Origin: Eledone cirrhosa
Taxonomy: Eukaryota
Length of the DNA: 64,000 nucleotides
Direction of reading: 5' to 3'
NCBI GenBank assembly: GCA_964016885.1
Contig: OZ024742.1
Location: forward strand, 373,984,001-374,048,000
The position numbers and the translations under genes are program-made. Each line of letters starts with the position of its first letter. The stretch's first letter is position 1. Shown in pieces: positions 37,253 to 49,977 of the stretch. The notes under the pieces were generated by a model that was not told the DNA's origin, did no database searches, and saw only the letters and a program-made list of their open reading frames with translations.

Positions 37253-39947
37253 AGATGGACGGTCGTAAACACAAAAGCCTTCCCTAGTGAGGAATGTACA
37301 TCCCAACATAGCTTAGTTGTCAGCGACCTCACAGTCAGAATTAGACGAACCTGGAAACAGAGGCCAACCTGGAGAAGAAAGATCTGGAAGCTGAAAGACC
37401 CCTTAGCCAGTAACAGATTTAAAGATATTCTACTCAACGCCTACGACAGTAAAGAAGAACAGATAGAGACATTCAATGTAGAAGAGAACTGGGAGTTCCT
37501 AAAAAATAACTTACTAGAGGCGACGGATGAGGTCTGTGGCTGGAGTAAGACCTCAAGCAGGAGGAGAGTGACTTGGTGGTGGAACAATAAGGTAGATGAG
37601 GCAGTTAAGGCCAGGAGACAGGCATGGAAAGAATGGAAGAACGGGGGGAGCAGGGTACATTACATAGAGACCAAGAGGGAAGCTAGGCGACAAGTATACT
37701 TAGCTAGGAGGGAAGCAGAGGATAGAAAATTCAAGCATGTTTTGCAACGTGAGGACCAGAAACAGGTGTTCAAGATTGCGAGGCAGTGTGTCAGAGAGAA
37801 TTGTGATGTCATTGGAGAGAAGTGTATCCGGAATGATAAAGGTGAGCTTGCCCTCACAAGTGCTGAGAAGAAAGATGCATGGAAGAGTCATTATGATAGA
37901 TTACTAAATGAGGAGAATGCATGGGAAGAAGAGACCCTACCCCAAGTAGACCCTATAGAGGGGCCAGCAGTACAAGTCAGCAGCAATGTAGTAAGTAAGG
38001 GAATCAAAGATATGAAGATGGGGAAGGCAATCGGTCCATCGGGTATAGCTGCCGAGATGCTGAAGGCATCTGGGTCTGTAGGTCACACTATAACCACACG
38101 TATTGTTAACCAGGTAATACTAGAAGGTGTCATACCAAAAGATTGGTGCAGTAGCATCATTGTCAACTGCTACAAAGGTAAAGGTGATGCACTAGATAGA
38201 GGAAACTATAGAGGTATAAAGCTGATGGACCAGGTCATGAAAGTAACAAAGAGTTATAGCACAGTTGATTAGGGACCGGGTGAAACTAGACGAGATGCAA
38301 TTTGGGTTTGTACCAGGAAGAGGCACCACTGATGCCCTCTTCCTTGTGAGGCAGTTACAGGAAAAGTACCTAGCTAAAAGTAAGCCACTCTACCTGGCAT
38401 TTGTAGACCTTGAGAAAGCCTTTGACAGAGTTCCACGTGCTGTAATCTGGTGGGCTCTTAGAAAGCTAGGAGTAGATGAATGGCTTGTGAAAGCTGTACA
38501 AGCCATGTATAGGGGAGCAGTCAGCAAAGTTAGGATTAGCAATGAGTATAGCGAGGAATTTAGTGTACAGGTTGGGGTCCACCAGGGCTCTGTTCTTAGC
38601 CCCCTCCTGTTCATCATAGTCCTGCAGGCAATAACGGAGGAGTTTAAGACCGGATGCCCATGGGAACTCCTGTATGCTGATGACCTCGCACTTATAGCTG
38701 AATCTATGGTAGAACTAGAGAAGAAATTCCAAACTTGGAAGCAGGAACTAGAAAGAAAGGGTCTCAAAGTCAACATGACAAAGACTAAGGTCCTTGTAAG
38801 TAGACGAGAAAACAGAACCCAGATCCCCTCAGGGAAATGGCCTTGCTCAGTATGTAGGAAAGGTGTAGGTAGGAACTCCATTCTCTGCTCCAAATGCAAA
38901 CAATGGGTACACAAGAGATGTAGCGGGATCTCAGGAAGCTTAATTAAGAATGTAGGATTCACATGCAGCAGCTGTGCTGGGACAGCAAGCAGCAAACAGC
39001 CACAGGAAACAAGTACCACCAATCTCTGGGAGGGCTCTGTAGATACAGTAGACAGCTTCTGCTACCTAGGTGACCGAATTAGCAGCGGAGGTGGGTGTTC
39101 AGAAAGTGCAATAACTAGGGTAAGAACGGGATGGAAGAAGTTTAGGGAACTACTACCACTGCTAGCTGCAAAAGGCTTCTCCCTCAGAATGAAAAGCAGA
39201 CTGTATGATGCATGTATCCGAACAGCAATGTTACATGGTAGTGAGACCTGGGCGCTGAAGGTAGAAGACTTACGTAGATTAGAGAGAAACGAAGCCTGCA
39301 TGCTCCAATGGATGTGTAACAGTAATATACGTGAACGACAAAGCATAAATGAATTGAGAGAGAGACTGAGCATAAGAGGAATCAAATGCTGTGTGCAGGA
39401 GAGGCGGTTGCGCTGGTATCGACATGTGATGCGTATGAAGGATGACAGCTGCATAAAAAGGTGCAGAGCACTAGAAGTCGATGGAAACCTTGGAGTGGGG
39501 AGACCCAAGAAGACCTGGGATGAGGTGATAAAAGCCGACCTTACCCAATTACACCTCTCAAAGGCGATGACACACGACCGTGATCTCTGGCGTCACGCAG
39601 TAATACAGAGTACCCGACCTCCCATGGGTACAAGCTGAAGCATATAGACAATATTCCCCCACACCCCCCACTGCAAGGTGGTCGTGGAGGTGCCACGGCA
39701 AAAAAGCACCCAGCCCACACTGTAAAGTGGACGTGTAGGCGCCACGAAAAAGCACCCAGCACTCACTGTAAATGAGGTTGGTGTTAGGAAGGGCATCCAG
39801 CTGTAGAAATCAAGCCAGATCAGTTCCTGTATGAGCAAGGCATGGTCAGCCGACCAGACACTGCCCACAACAGGACAACCCGTCTAACCCATGCTAGCGT
39901 GGAAGAACGGACGTAAAACGGTGATGATGATGATGATGATGATGATG
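37253..39947 (+). mobile_element. 5'-truncated RTE LINE (subfamily A): endonuclease end, RT with internal PHD finger, 3' UTR, (GAT)n tail; one frameshift near 38250
   Basis: EEC..QH.LVV.D, WWWN, NYRGIKL, QFGFVPGRGTTDA, DLEKAFDRV, GVHQGSVLSPLLF, LYADDL, FCYLG. Stop at 39638. Confidence 0.97.
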
Positions 39948-40289
39948 TGTGTGTGTGAGACAGAGAGGTAAAGAGAGAAAATGTTATTGTTGATATTCAT
40001 CTTCCACGAGAATTTTAAACTATTCACATACAAAATATTGTTGCTTCCCTGGCAAAGTTTTGGCATTCATTTAAAACATACATATAGCATTATATTTATT
40101 TAAATGTTGTACATCTTTGCCCTGGTCATAGGTGTATGAGAATATTTTTTGACATTTTATAGTATTTTCTAATACAAAATAAACAAAAGTAAATGCGTTT
40201 TTTTAAATAACCTTCGTGACTACAATGTAAATTATTGCAACTCTTTTATTGTCAAACTACCCTAGGTTTTATAATAGAAAACTTCTTTA

Positions 40290-40490
40290 CCCACTTATTC
40301 GTTGGAGGGTCGTGGAGACAGTCCTCAAACACTCCTTTCAGCAGGTCTTGTCAGAAGTCTCCAACTGATCCAGCTGGATCCTTAAGCTAGACCAACCAAG
40401 CTCATGGATGTTATCCAACCATCTTTCTCGGGGTCACCTGCCAGTTGGTTTTGCCTGTAAAATCTGTCCAGAGACTCTCCTGATACTACA
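40290..40490 (-). mobile_element. 3' fragment of a second RTE-like LINE family; paralogous fragment at 61650-61835
   Basis: Both loci share AGACCA.CCAAG.TCATGGATGTTATCCAACC and TAAAATCTGTCCAG. The 61.7-kb copy translates RPRGRPQARRLDNIHELGWSRLGI. Confidence 0.7.
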
Positions 40491-41444
40491 GGCATGATAC
40501 AAAACTATTTGGTTTAAAATATTTATCATCATCGTTTTTATCTTGAATTTTTCATACCACCTTGGATTGGGCAGGATGCTAATCTTTTTAGTTACGTCTT
40601 ACAAGAAACAGGGATACAGTGTACATATTCTAAAAACAGACATACATACAGCAATCATATATCTAAAAACTTTCTATCAAACCTTTGTTATATTCCAAAC
40701 AGCTTAATAATAATTGTTTCTACTTTTGGCACAAGGCCAGCAATTAACCAGTACATTACTGGTACTTTATTATTCAATCTCTCCAAATTGTTATTTTCAA
40801 CATTATTTGAAAATCATAGGCAGTATCTTTCATTAGAAATATAGTAACGGAAGTGTTAAACCAGTTCACTTCTCTGACATTTCTACATTATTCTATGTAC
40901 TATACATGCACCTTTGATCAGTTGTAGTGCACCTGAGCACTGTAGACAATAATTTTCACTATTATTATTAAATCTAATCACAAATACAACATTGAAATGA
41001 TTCTAACTTAGCATCTAGCTAATATGTGTTGTGTTCAAACTTCAGCTAATTAAAACATCATCATCATTAAATGTCTATTTTCCACACTAGTATGGGTTAG
41101 ACGAGTATCACAAAGGTTTTAATCAAAATACTTCATAATTAAGCTGAACAATTTAAAAGGGAAAACTTGGTTTTTTTCTTTGAAGTTAAATTATTTTGGT
41201 GTCTTTTTTTCTTCTTTGTTTAGCATATTTATGTCAGGTAGATAAGAAAACTTGTTTCCAAGTATTTTATCTCAAAATTCTATGTAGGTTAGCTTGTATA
41301 TATATGAATGTATGTGTTTATAAGGTATTGTGGTGTCCAGGTGTGAGAACCCGTCAACCAACTCCCTTCCATTTAGGTTCAGGACTTTAGGGCTATAAAG
41401 GCTATGTCTTGGGAGAGATTATAGAATTGAGGACATATAGATAT

Positions 41445-42062
41445 CATCATCATCATCATTTACTGTCCATTTTTCATACTAGTAAGTGGTGGACATGTAG
41501 CTGGAGAGCATCTGACTTCCAGGTCAGCCGAGGGTCCAACATATGATCCCACATTCTATCAGCACCAACTCTAAGTTGTGGCATAGCTGAAGTCTTCCGA
41601 ACCCTTTCACACGTTTTCTACAAGCTAGAAGCCCTTCCTATCACCACTTTACTGGAGCGTACTGGATGATCTTTTATTGTATAGATCAACAAAACTAGGG
41701 AGCTTATGATGTTTACATATGCACCATAGACAGAATTTCTACAGGGCATAGTTACAGAAGTTAGGGGACAGTGGATTGTGTGGCTGAAGGAATGCACAAG
41801 GGCTAGTTTTAGAGGCAGCACAAATGACGTTTGTGTGTATATCATTTAACGTCTATCTTCCACACTGGCATAGGTTAGATGGGTTTGTCCCTTTTTTAGA
41901 GGCAAGTTGGGTTGGGTGCCCATGTCTCGCTCATATGACTATTTCTGGCAGGTTTTCTACAGCTGGATGCTCTTCCTAACGCCAACCACAGTGTGTGCTG
42001 GGTGCTTTTTACTATCTTTTACACGACCACTTTACAGTGTGGGCTGGATGTTTTTTCGTACC
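41445..42062 (-). mobile_element. Decayed RTE-derived pieces, including a short 3'-UTR/tail element at ~41843-42062
   Basis: (CAT)n tails, CTACAGCTGGATGCTCTTCCTAACGCCAACC and CGACCACTTTACAGTGTGGGCTGG. Confidence 0.65.
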
Positions 42063-42142
42063 ATCATAATAAATATATATATATATACACACATATTTAT
42101 CATGATATACATATACCATACCTATGCATAAACCATATATAT

Positions 42143-43962
42143 ATCATCATCATCGTTTAACATCCATCTTCCACGCTTGCATGGGAGTTTTCCCACTTGA
42201 GGCAAGAGTGGTTGTCCTGCTCGTATAGGACTGTCTGGCGGGTTTTCTACGGCTGGATGCCCTTCCTAACACCAACCATGTTTACAGTGTGGACTGGGAG
42301 GTTTTTACCGTGTTACCTACACGGCCACATTACAGTGTGGACTGTGTGTTTTTTTGTCGTGACACCTACACAACCTCATTTGTTTCGGACTGGATGTTGT
42401 GGTACCAACATAACTTTACATCGAAAGGGGTGGTGGGACGGGAGTGTATTTTGTTAGAGGTGCCTACTGACTGTAGGTTTCGCTTTGTACTTAGGCAAGG
42501 CGGGTCTTCTGTATTACTTCTCTCCAGTCTGCGTATATCCTCTGCAAACAATGCCCAGGTCTCACTGCCATGTAACATTGCTGTTCATATACAGCCTGCC
42601 TTTCATTTTTAGAGAGAACCCTTTAGCGGCTAATAGGCTCTCCGAACTTTTTCCATCCTGTTCTGACTCTAGCTACTGTACTTTCAGAACACCCTCCCCC
42701 ACTGCTGATTTTGTCACCCAGGTAACGGAAGGTGTCCACTATTTCTATAGAACCATTTGTGCAATGGAATGAGTTAGTATTTTGGGCACTTGCTGCTACT
42801 TATTGCACCAGCCACATATAAAATCTATGTTCTTAGTTAGCTTACCTGTGATCCCACTACATCTTTTATGCACCCATACTTTGCATTTGGGACATAAAAT
42901 GGAGTTTCTGCCTACTCCTTTCCTACACACTGAGCATGGCCATTTCCCAGATGGGACCGGTGCCCTATTTTCCTTCCTACAAACTAGAACTTTAGTCTTA
43001 GACAAGTTAACTTTAAGGCCTCTTGATTCTAGGCCATGCTTCCATGTTTGGAATTTCTTCTCTAGTTCAGCCATTGATTCAGCTATGAGCGTTAGATCAT
43101 CTGTGTATAGGAGTTCCCATGGACAGCCGGTCTTGAACTCCTCTGTTATAGCCTGAAGGGCAATAATAAATAATAGGGGGCTAAGAACGGAACCCTGATG
43201 AACACAGACTTTTACGCTGAACTCTTCACTATATTCGTTGTTAATTCTAACCTTGTTGACTGTTTCTTTATACATGGCTTGTATAACTCTCACAAGCCAT
43301 TCATCAACACCTAGTTTTCTAAGAGCCCACCAGATAATGGAACGGGGGACTCTGTCGAAGGCTTTCTCCAAGTCAACAAAAGCCAAGTATAGGGGTTTAG
43401 TTTTAGCTAGGTACTTCTCCTGTAGTTGTCGTACAATGAAAAGAGCGTCTGTGGTACTTTTACCCGACACAAACCCAAACTACATTTCATCTAGATCAAT
43501 TCGCTGATTAGTTGCGCTATTACTTTTTCTGTGACCTTCATGACCTGGTCAACTAATTTAATGCCTCTATAGTTACCCCTATCTAGGGCATCTCCTTTAC
43601 CCTTGTAACAGTTAATGATGATGCTGCTACGCCAGTCCTTCGGAACGGCCCCATTCTGTATGACCTGGTTTACTGTCCGGGTGACCATAGTGTGTCCCAC
43701 CGTTCCAGATGCTTTCAGCAACTATTTCCGAAGGCCCAGCCGCCTTCATATCTTTGATTGCCTTACTTATTATACTACCTTCAACTAGCACTGCTGGTCC
43801 CTCTATTGGATCGATGTGGGGGAGACTGTCTTTCTCCCATTTATTCTCATTTAGTAGCCTTTCGCAGTGACACTTCCAAGCTACCTTATCAGCGTCAGTG
43901 ATGGCAAGTACACCATCATCATTAAGGACACACTTCTCCCTGACAATATCACGGTTTTCCTT
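42143..43962 (-). mobile_element. Degenerate 5'-truncated RTE LINE (subfamily B) with internal deletions
   Basis: Minus-strand RT (DLEKAFDRV, LYTDDL), PHD finger, MLHGSETW. The 3' UTR matches 36890-37238. (CAT)n tail next to (TA)n. Confidence 0.93.
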
Positions 43963-44058
43963 GACACCTCACGTTGTAGAACATGCTTCAACTGTATTAT
44001 ATATAGTGGTCTTTGATTTGAATCTGAGTAAAACCATTTTCTTATTGCAATCAGCTTG

Positions 44059-44250
44059 TATCAGACATTTACACACACATGTATATAATGTAAGACAGTA
44101 TCAGACATTTATACACACATGTATATAATGTAAGACAATATCCGACATTTATACACACATGTATATAATGTAAGACAGTATCAGACATTTACACACACAT
44201 GTATATAATGTAAGACAATATCAGACATTTATACACATGTATATTATGTA
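44059..44250. repeat. 40-bp minisatellite, ~4.7 copies (TATCAGACATTTATACACACATGTATATAATGTAAGACAG)
   Basis: Read directly. Confidence 0.93.
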
Positions 44251-45499
44251 AGGCAGTGAAGTGAGAACTTCAGATAGAATACTTTGCAGTGTCCCTTTCC
44301 TGTCAAGGTCAACTTTGCCTTTCAAGGTTAATAAAAAAGAAAAATGTTTAAAGTACCAGTCAATTCTTCCTCTATATTGAGACCTGGAGAAGGGAGGGGC
44401 TCCACCAGGCTTAAAATGCCCAAGAAACGCTTTATGCCAAAACTCCATCAGGAGTGACAGAAATATCATCACTTAATAGTATCATATGCTTCAATTTGTT
44501 TAACACTTGCTAGAAGGAAAAAAACAAATGTGTTGTCAAAAAGGGATCTATAAAATATGTACTAAACTTGTAAAAATTATAACTACTGAAGTCAATATAA
44601 TCAAAAGTTATGCCTCACTATGGGCTAGTTTGACTGAAACTAGTAAAAGAGAATGTGTGTTTGTGATATATATAAGGAAAGCATGTTAATGCTAGCAAGG
44701 AAATAGAAAACTGGTACTTTTTTTTTTTTTTCAAACCAAGCTTCATATTTGTTCTGTTCCAAGTTACTGGCTAACATTCCAGAAATATAGTCAATCATTG
44801 GATACTGATAACAGTACTGTGGTTCTCCATTAGATCAACGTTTAACGTCTATCTTCCACGATAGCATGGGTTTAGACAGGAATTGTCCTACTTGAGGCAA
44901 GATGTCTCGTTTGTTATATAATCTGTTCTTTAACTCACCCTGTACCACATGAAACCAAAATAGCAAGATATTCTTGAAGTGATTACATCACATTAAAAAT
45001 TGTCTATTTTATTACTATAAATTTTCACAATGATGTCTCCCAGTAAAGATACTATAAACATGTGAATTAAATCTATTTTTAGATATTTTCTATATCACGA
45101 GTTAAAATTACTCCAAAAAATTTGTGAGACAATTCCCATCCGTCTAGGTACAAATACTGCTACTTGGTATCCCCACTAGCAACACACCCTAAAAGATGAT
45201 TTTCTTTTTATTCCATATAATAAAGCCTTTTGATATTGGTTCTACAACAAAATTGTTTGAAAATGTTTAACACAAGCTTAAGTTATTTTGCCAAATCCTT
45301 CCAAACATTTTCAAAATTATACCAATTATTGGTAGTGATTATGGTAATAAAAGGATTAAGCCACTAATTGCTAACAACTGTCTTGTCTCCCTTTTAGTGA
45401 GACCACTTCCTCGATAGATTGTTCACCAATAATTACCAGTGTTACATATGAAAACTAGGAAAGCTATCAAGTGTTTGGCATATATTGTTCACCTATGAT

Positions 45500-45640
45500 T
45501 TCCATGTCATTTCTTGGATGGTAACTTACCAGATTGCACCATGTACTGGAAGGTCCCTCTAATACATATCCTATTAATTCTGGTGTTCCCAAAGGCTGGG
45601 TAATCTATATTATACTGTATATTAATGACCTACATGCTGT
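45500..45640 (+). mobile_element. Old CR1/Jockey-like LINE RT remnant
   Basis: Translation INSGVPKG...ILYINDL resembles the RT motif GVPQGS..P.LF..YINDL. Confidence 0.5.
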
Positions 45641-47922
45641 CAACTATAACACATCTGTGCAGGTATCATCTACATATTCAACTTGCTCTGTATTTCCCAA
45701 TATATATTCTTGTGGAGCCATACAACCTTACCTCTTCCTAAACATTCAACTATACAAGGAAAGCGGACATCTTTCATTACCATATATCTAATGAAAAACT
45801 GGTTCTCAATTTTGAAAATAAAGAATTTGGTGATACAACTTTCTCATTAAGCAACTGTTTAGGACAAAGATACATAAAATTATAATGGAAAGCTTTTAGA
45901 TAAAAATAAACAGTTTTCTATCATAAAACCATTTTCAGCTAGTTTGAATTGGTTTGGTATAATATATATATAAGTTAATACCACAATATTGCTAAAGCTG
46001 CCTCACAAAGGCTGGACTCCTTAGTCAGAAAATACTACTTTACAAAATCAGTAGCCGATTGGAATACAATGGATCAGATCAACAGAAAAGCCTACTCAGG
46101 AAATTAACATGCAAGTGGCTGAAGATTCCACAAACACACTCTCTAAGGGAGCTTCAGTGTGATGAAGCAGGCTCTTTAAATTATAGTCCAAATGACAGGC
46201 TTGACCCAAGGCTAGGAAATACCTGCACAAACTGTTACACAACAGTAGTGAACCCAATTTTTAAATGGGGAAGGTAAAGATCAAGTATTACTATATGTGA
46301 ATAAATTGTTTTGCCAAGCTCCGAGGCAGTGTTTTTTATATATGTAAATAAAATATTGCCAAGCATTTAAAAAGCTGCTTATTTGTATACTACATATGTC
46401 AAATTTATGTTTTTAAGCTCTGAGAGAAGGGGGTGGTGGTGCTAGCCTAAAGTTTTTAACCCAAGTAATTTCCTCAAGTATATTGAAACAGTAATACAAA
46501 CTTAAATCACACCAGAAACTCCGGCTGTTATTAAGATATAGAGCAATTGTTAAATTGCAGTATTTGTTCCATTCTCAGTTCAGGACTTATGAACATTTTA
46601 TTTGGTTTTAAAATAGGCTCTAAGTTAATGAAATTGTTTTTTGTTTTTTTTGCAATACCTTGATATTAATTAAGAGAAATTTGCATCAGTATTGTTTTCT
46701 ATCCCCAGTGCACTGTAAACTGGTATATTTATAATACCAAGGAATTCTTCAGCTTAGGAAGGCACTGCATGACTTTTGGTCTTCCATGTGAAGAGATATC
46801 CTCATATTGGAAACATGGCTTAAATGCTGGCAACAGTAGGGCTGCTAATGGAACAGACAGGCCAGGTGGTGTTAAACAGGATAACAGCTAAAGTCTACTA
46901 TCCACAGAAGGGTGTGAATTTGGAACACAGAGCTAGAATACTGCGAAGTCATCCATCTGTCCTAAATTGGTACTTAAACCCTGGAAAGCTGAAAGGGAAA
47001 GTTAATCTTGCTTGGCAAATAAAATAAACACTAAGTTATTTTATACACCTAAACAATATAGTTGTACTTATTACCAGTCATCTTCCCAACTAAAATAGAG
47101 GTTAGTCTTTCAAGCCTGATGGCAAATATGCTATAGTAAAATTTCAACATATGTCCTAAGTTTTGCTATCCAATATGTCTTACATTATTGCTCCTTTGAG
47201 TAGATTAAGATTTTGAAGATAAACAGAGGCTGTAATGCATATTGCTATAGCACAATGTTTACCAGAGGTTATTGTAGTATCCCCACTGCTATGTTTTAGT
47301 CAAGGAAATATGAAAAACCTGTCACCCGTCTTGAACTTTGTATACTCCCAGCATGCAACCTGTCAACTGGATCAGGAAAACTTAAAATAGCTCCACTTGC
47401 ACAGGATTGATTATTTTTCATTTTATAAACACTAGCTTCACCAATCACTATTTCTGATGGTAATTATCTATATATATATATATACAATACACACCGACAC
47501 CCTGGATTGCACCAGTTGGTTTTTAGTTCGAGATTTGAGCTACTTTGATACTAAGCTGAAATTAATTTACTTCACTTCCATCAAAAATACCATTGCTTAA
47601 CATTTATTTTCCAAGCTTGCATGTTAGGCAGGTTGTCACACTGAAGCTAAACATTCCTTTCAAAACTCAGATACAGGCAGCTTATGTTCAACCATATCTT
47701 TACTTAAAAGTTAAATTCATTTTTAATTGGTAAATAGAATGGTAGGTAACTAAATTGAAATAAAACTTGCATAGTTTAGTGTCACTAAATGTTAGTATTT
47801 CACAGCACAAAAGCAATTTCCAGTAGATTCTTAACTAAATTTAACATTTAGTAACAATTTCCAGTAGATTCTTAACTAAATTTCACAGTAAATAGCAACT
47901 AAAAGCAGACCATTAGAATTCT

Positions 47923-47928
47923 TTTATT
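47923..47928 (-). terminator. Candidate AATAAA poly(A) signal of the Y-box gene
   Basis: Plus-strand TTTATT at the end of a ~1.4-kb TE-free, U-rich tract downstream of the stop. Other TTTATT sites exist, so the assignment is tentative. Confidence 0.35.
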
Positions 47929-49404
47929 TACAAAATATCAAAGCCTCTCAAATGAAGCTGCTGGTTCACCAGTTCAGCTTAAAGACAAAATGTAGATTAT
48001 TTTTGTTTAAAGACTGATCAAGTTCCCTTCTGAGAAAGCAGTTCACAACTTCATGTATTCTCATAACCTTACTGGGCATTAGAGGATAACAAGGCAATCA
48101 TGACAAAACAAGTCCAACAAATATAGCAATCATGCAAAACTGTAAAAACAGTCTTCAATACATTTCCAGAATAATTTAGCTCTGCACAGTCAAACCAGTT
48201 CCATTGGTCAACTGTCAAAGATCAGATCCATTAGAATCCTAACACAACAGATCACAAAGGAGAAAAAAAACAACAAAAACAAAACAAAGAGAGCTAAGTT
48301 CAAAATTGATTCAACAAACTAAATCTTAATGTCTTACAAAGCAAGGTATAAAACTGCAATCCTTAATTCTTGATATTTTTCCTCAAAAATTTCATGTTTT
48401 AAAAAAAATTCACTAAGTATTTTTTTAGACAAAATGCTTTAGAACAACCTTAATATTTTAACACTTTTAAACATGTGTTTTATAGAGATGATTGATGAAA
48501 GTTCAAAGTGGAAAATTGAAAAATATAATTTTTCTTGAGAAAGATTAAGTTAAAATTTAAATTTACATTTAGTGAGAAAATAGATTTAAAAAAAAAAAAA
48601 AAAAAAGGAAAGGAGATTTGGTTTACTTTAGGAAAAAGAGTAAAAATAATGGAAGTGAGATTTTCTTTCAAAAAGGAAAAACTCCACAAATTCTTATCTG
48701 TCAACAAGCAAGAATCCTACAGCTATAAAGACATCAAGCCTGCAATGAGCAACATTTTGGTTTCTAGGTCTCATATTTGAAACACCAACAACAAGCATTT
48801 GGCACAGAGCAGCAATGCTGGTTTAAAACCTTGTTGAAAGAAATGTTTAAGTCTAAACAAGAAAACCTATTTTCTAAAACTATTTATGGTTAAAATAATA
48901 ATTTCAATGAACCTTTATCTGATTAAAATATTACAGATGGGGAAAACTAAAATCTATTCCTATTTGAAAAGTAAATTTAAAGATTCAAGATGACTAGTTT
49001 AGATATATTAGACAGGAAGAATTAGAGAAACCAGAAACTTGGTTGTATTTCAGAAACAAACACAAGCCATGTTGCTCAGATGGATCTTTATTTCAATACG
49101 TAGCCTTACATCTCCCTGATAAAGTTGAAGATATGTTAGGGTGGGGTGGGGGGTGCTATTAAAAGATGGAGTTGGAGGATAAGCAGCCCTCAGATAGAAG
49201 AGACCGCCAACCCAGTCAACTTGATGTTGGTCAGTGGAGTTATCTGGATGGTCTTTCCTTAAAGAAAAAAGCTGGTTGACATAGCATTCATTCAACTTTA
49301 AAGGGGAAATGGAGTATATTACTAAATCAAAGTGATCTTACTAAGATTGGAATCTTTCTTCCATTTTACTGTAGCTACGCAAGCTGTACTAAAGTGTTAC
49401 ATGT

Positions 49405-49977
49405 CTAGGCAGCAGCCTGAGAGGCAGCTGGAGTTACCTCTGTGCTGGAAGAGGGGGGCCCAGACATGCTGTCTTCAGATTTACTAGGAGGAACACTGTC
49501 TTCTGCTTTCTGGTTACCACCTTCATTCGTTCCTGGTTCACCCTCAGACAGCTCCCTCTGACCTGAACGTCCACCCCGGGAACTCCACCTACCACCACGC
49601 CTAAAGCTGCCACCACCTCTGCTACGTCTGGGTCGTCTCCGGAAAGCTTGGGGAACAGATTGGCCACTATCATCTTCATGTTCATTATCCCTGGGAGGGC
49701 CACCGTGGGGATAGCGATGCATGGGAGGGCGATAGTATCTACGGAAGAAGGGACGTCGCCGGCGGAAAGGGGGAGGGCCATGCATCCTTGAATCTCCTTC
49801 AGCTGATCCATGCTCATCCTGAGGTACACTTCTGGATGGCATACCCCGCCTTGGCCCACGGAAGAAACGTTTCCTTCTCCAGTAAGGCCTGCGCCTGGTT
49901 GGAGGCCTGTTCCGTTCTTCACTACCACCACCATCTCCACTTTCACCTTCAACGTCTTCTTTAGCTTCTTCACCCTC
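49405..49977 (-). CDS. YBX1: Y-box protein exon 6 (C-terminal basic/acidic islands to stop)
   Basis: CTCTTCTAG acceptor. In frame with ORF 49405-49842, stop TAG. Confidence 0.92.
   Translation of the reverse strand, partial: EGEEAKEDVEGESGDGGGSEERNRPPTRRRPYWRRKRFFRGPRRGMPSRSVPQDEHGSAEGDSRMHGPPPFRRRRPFFRRYYRPPMHRYPHGGPPRDNEHEDDSGQSVPQAFRRRPRRSRGGGSFRRGGRWSSRGGRSGQRELSEGEPGTNEGGNQKAEDSVPPSKSEDSMSGPPSSSTEVTPAASQAAA

Noticed and set aside
38390-39868. Antisense ORFs over RTE copies (also 62243-63583, 36414-36809, 42782-43507)
   Set aside because: Shadow frames of the LINE ORF and UTR with no independent domain signal.
47814-47884. Direct duplication of CAATTTCCAGTAGATTCTTAACTAAATTT
   Set aside because: A simple two-copy local duplication with no further structure.
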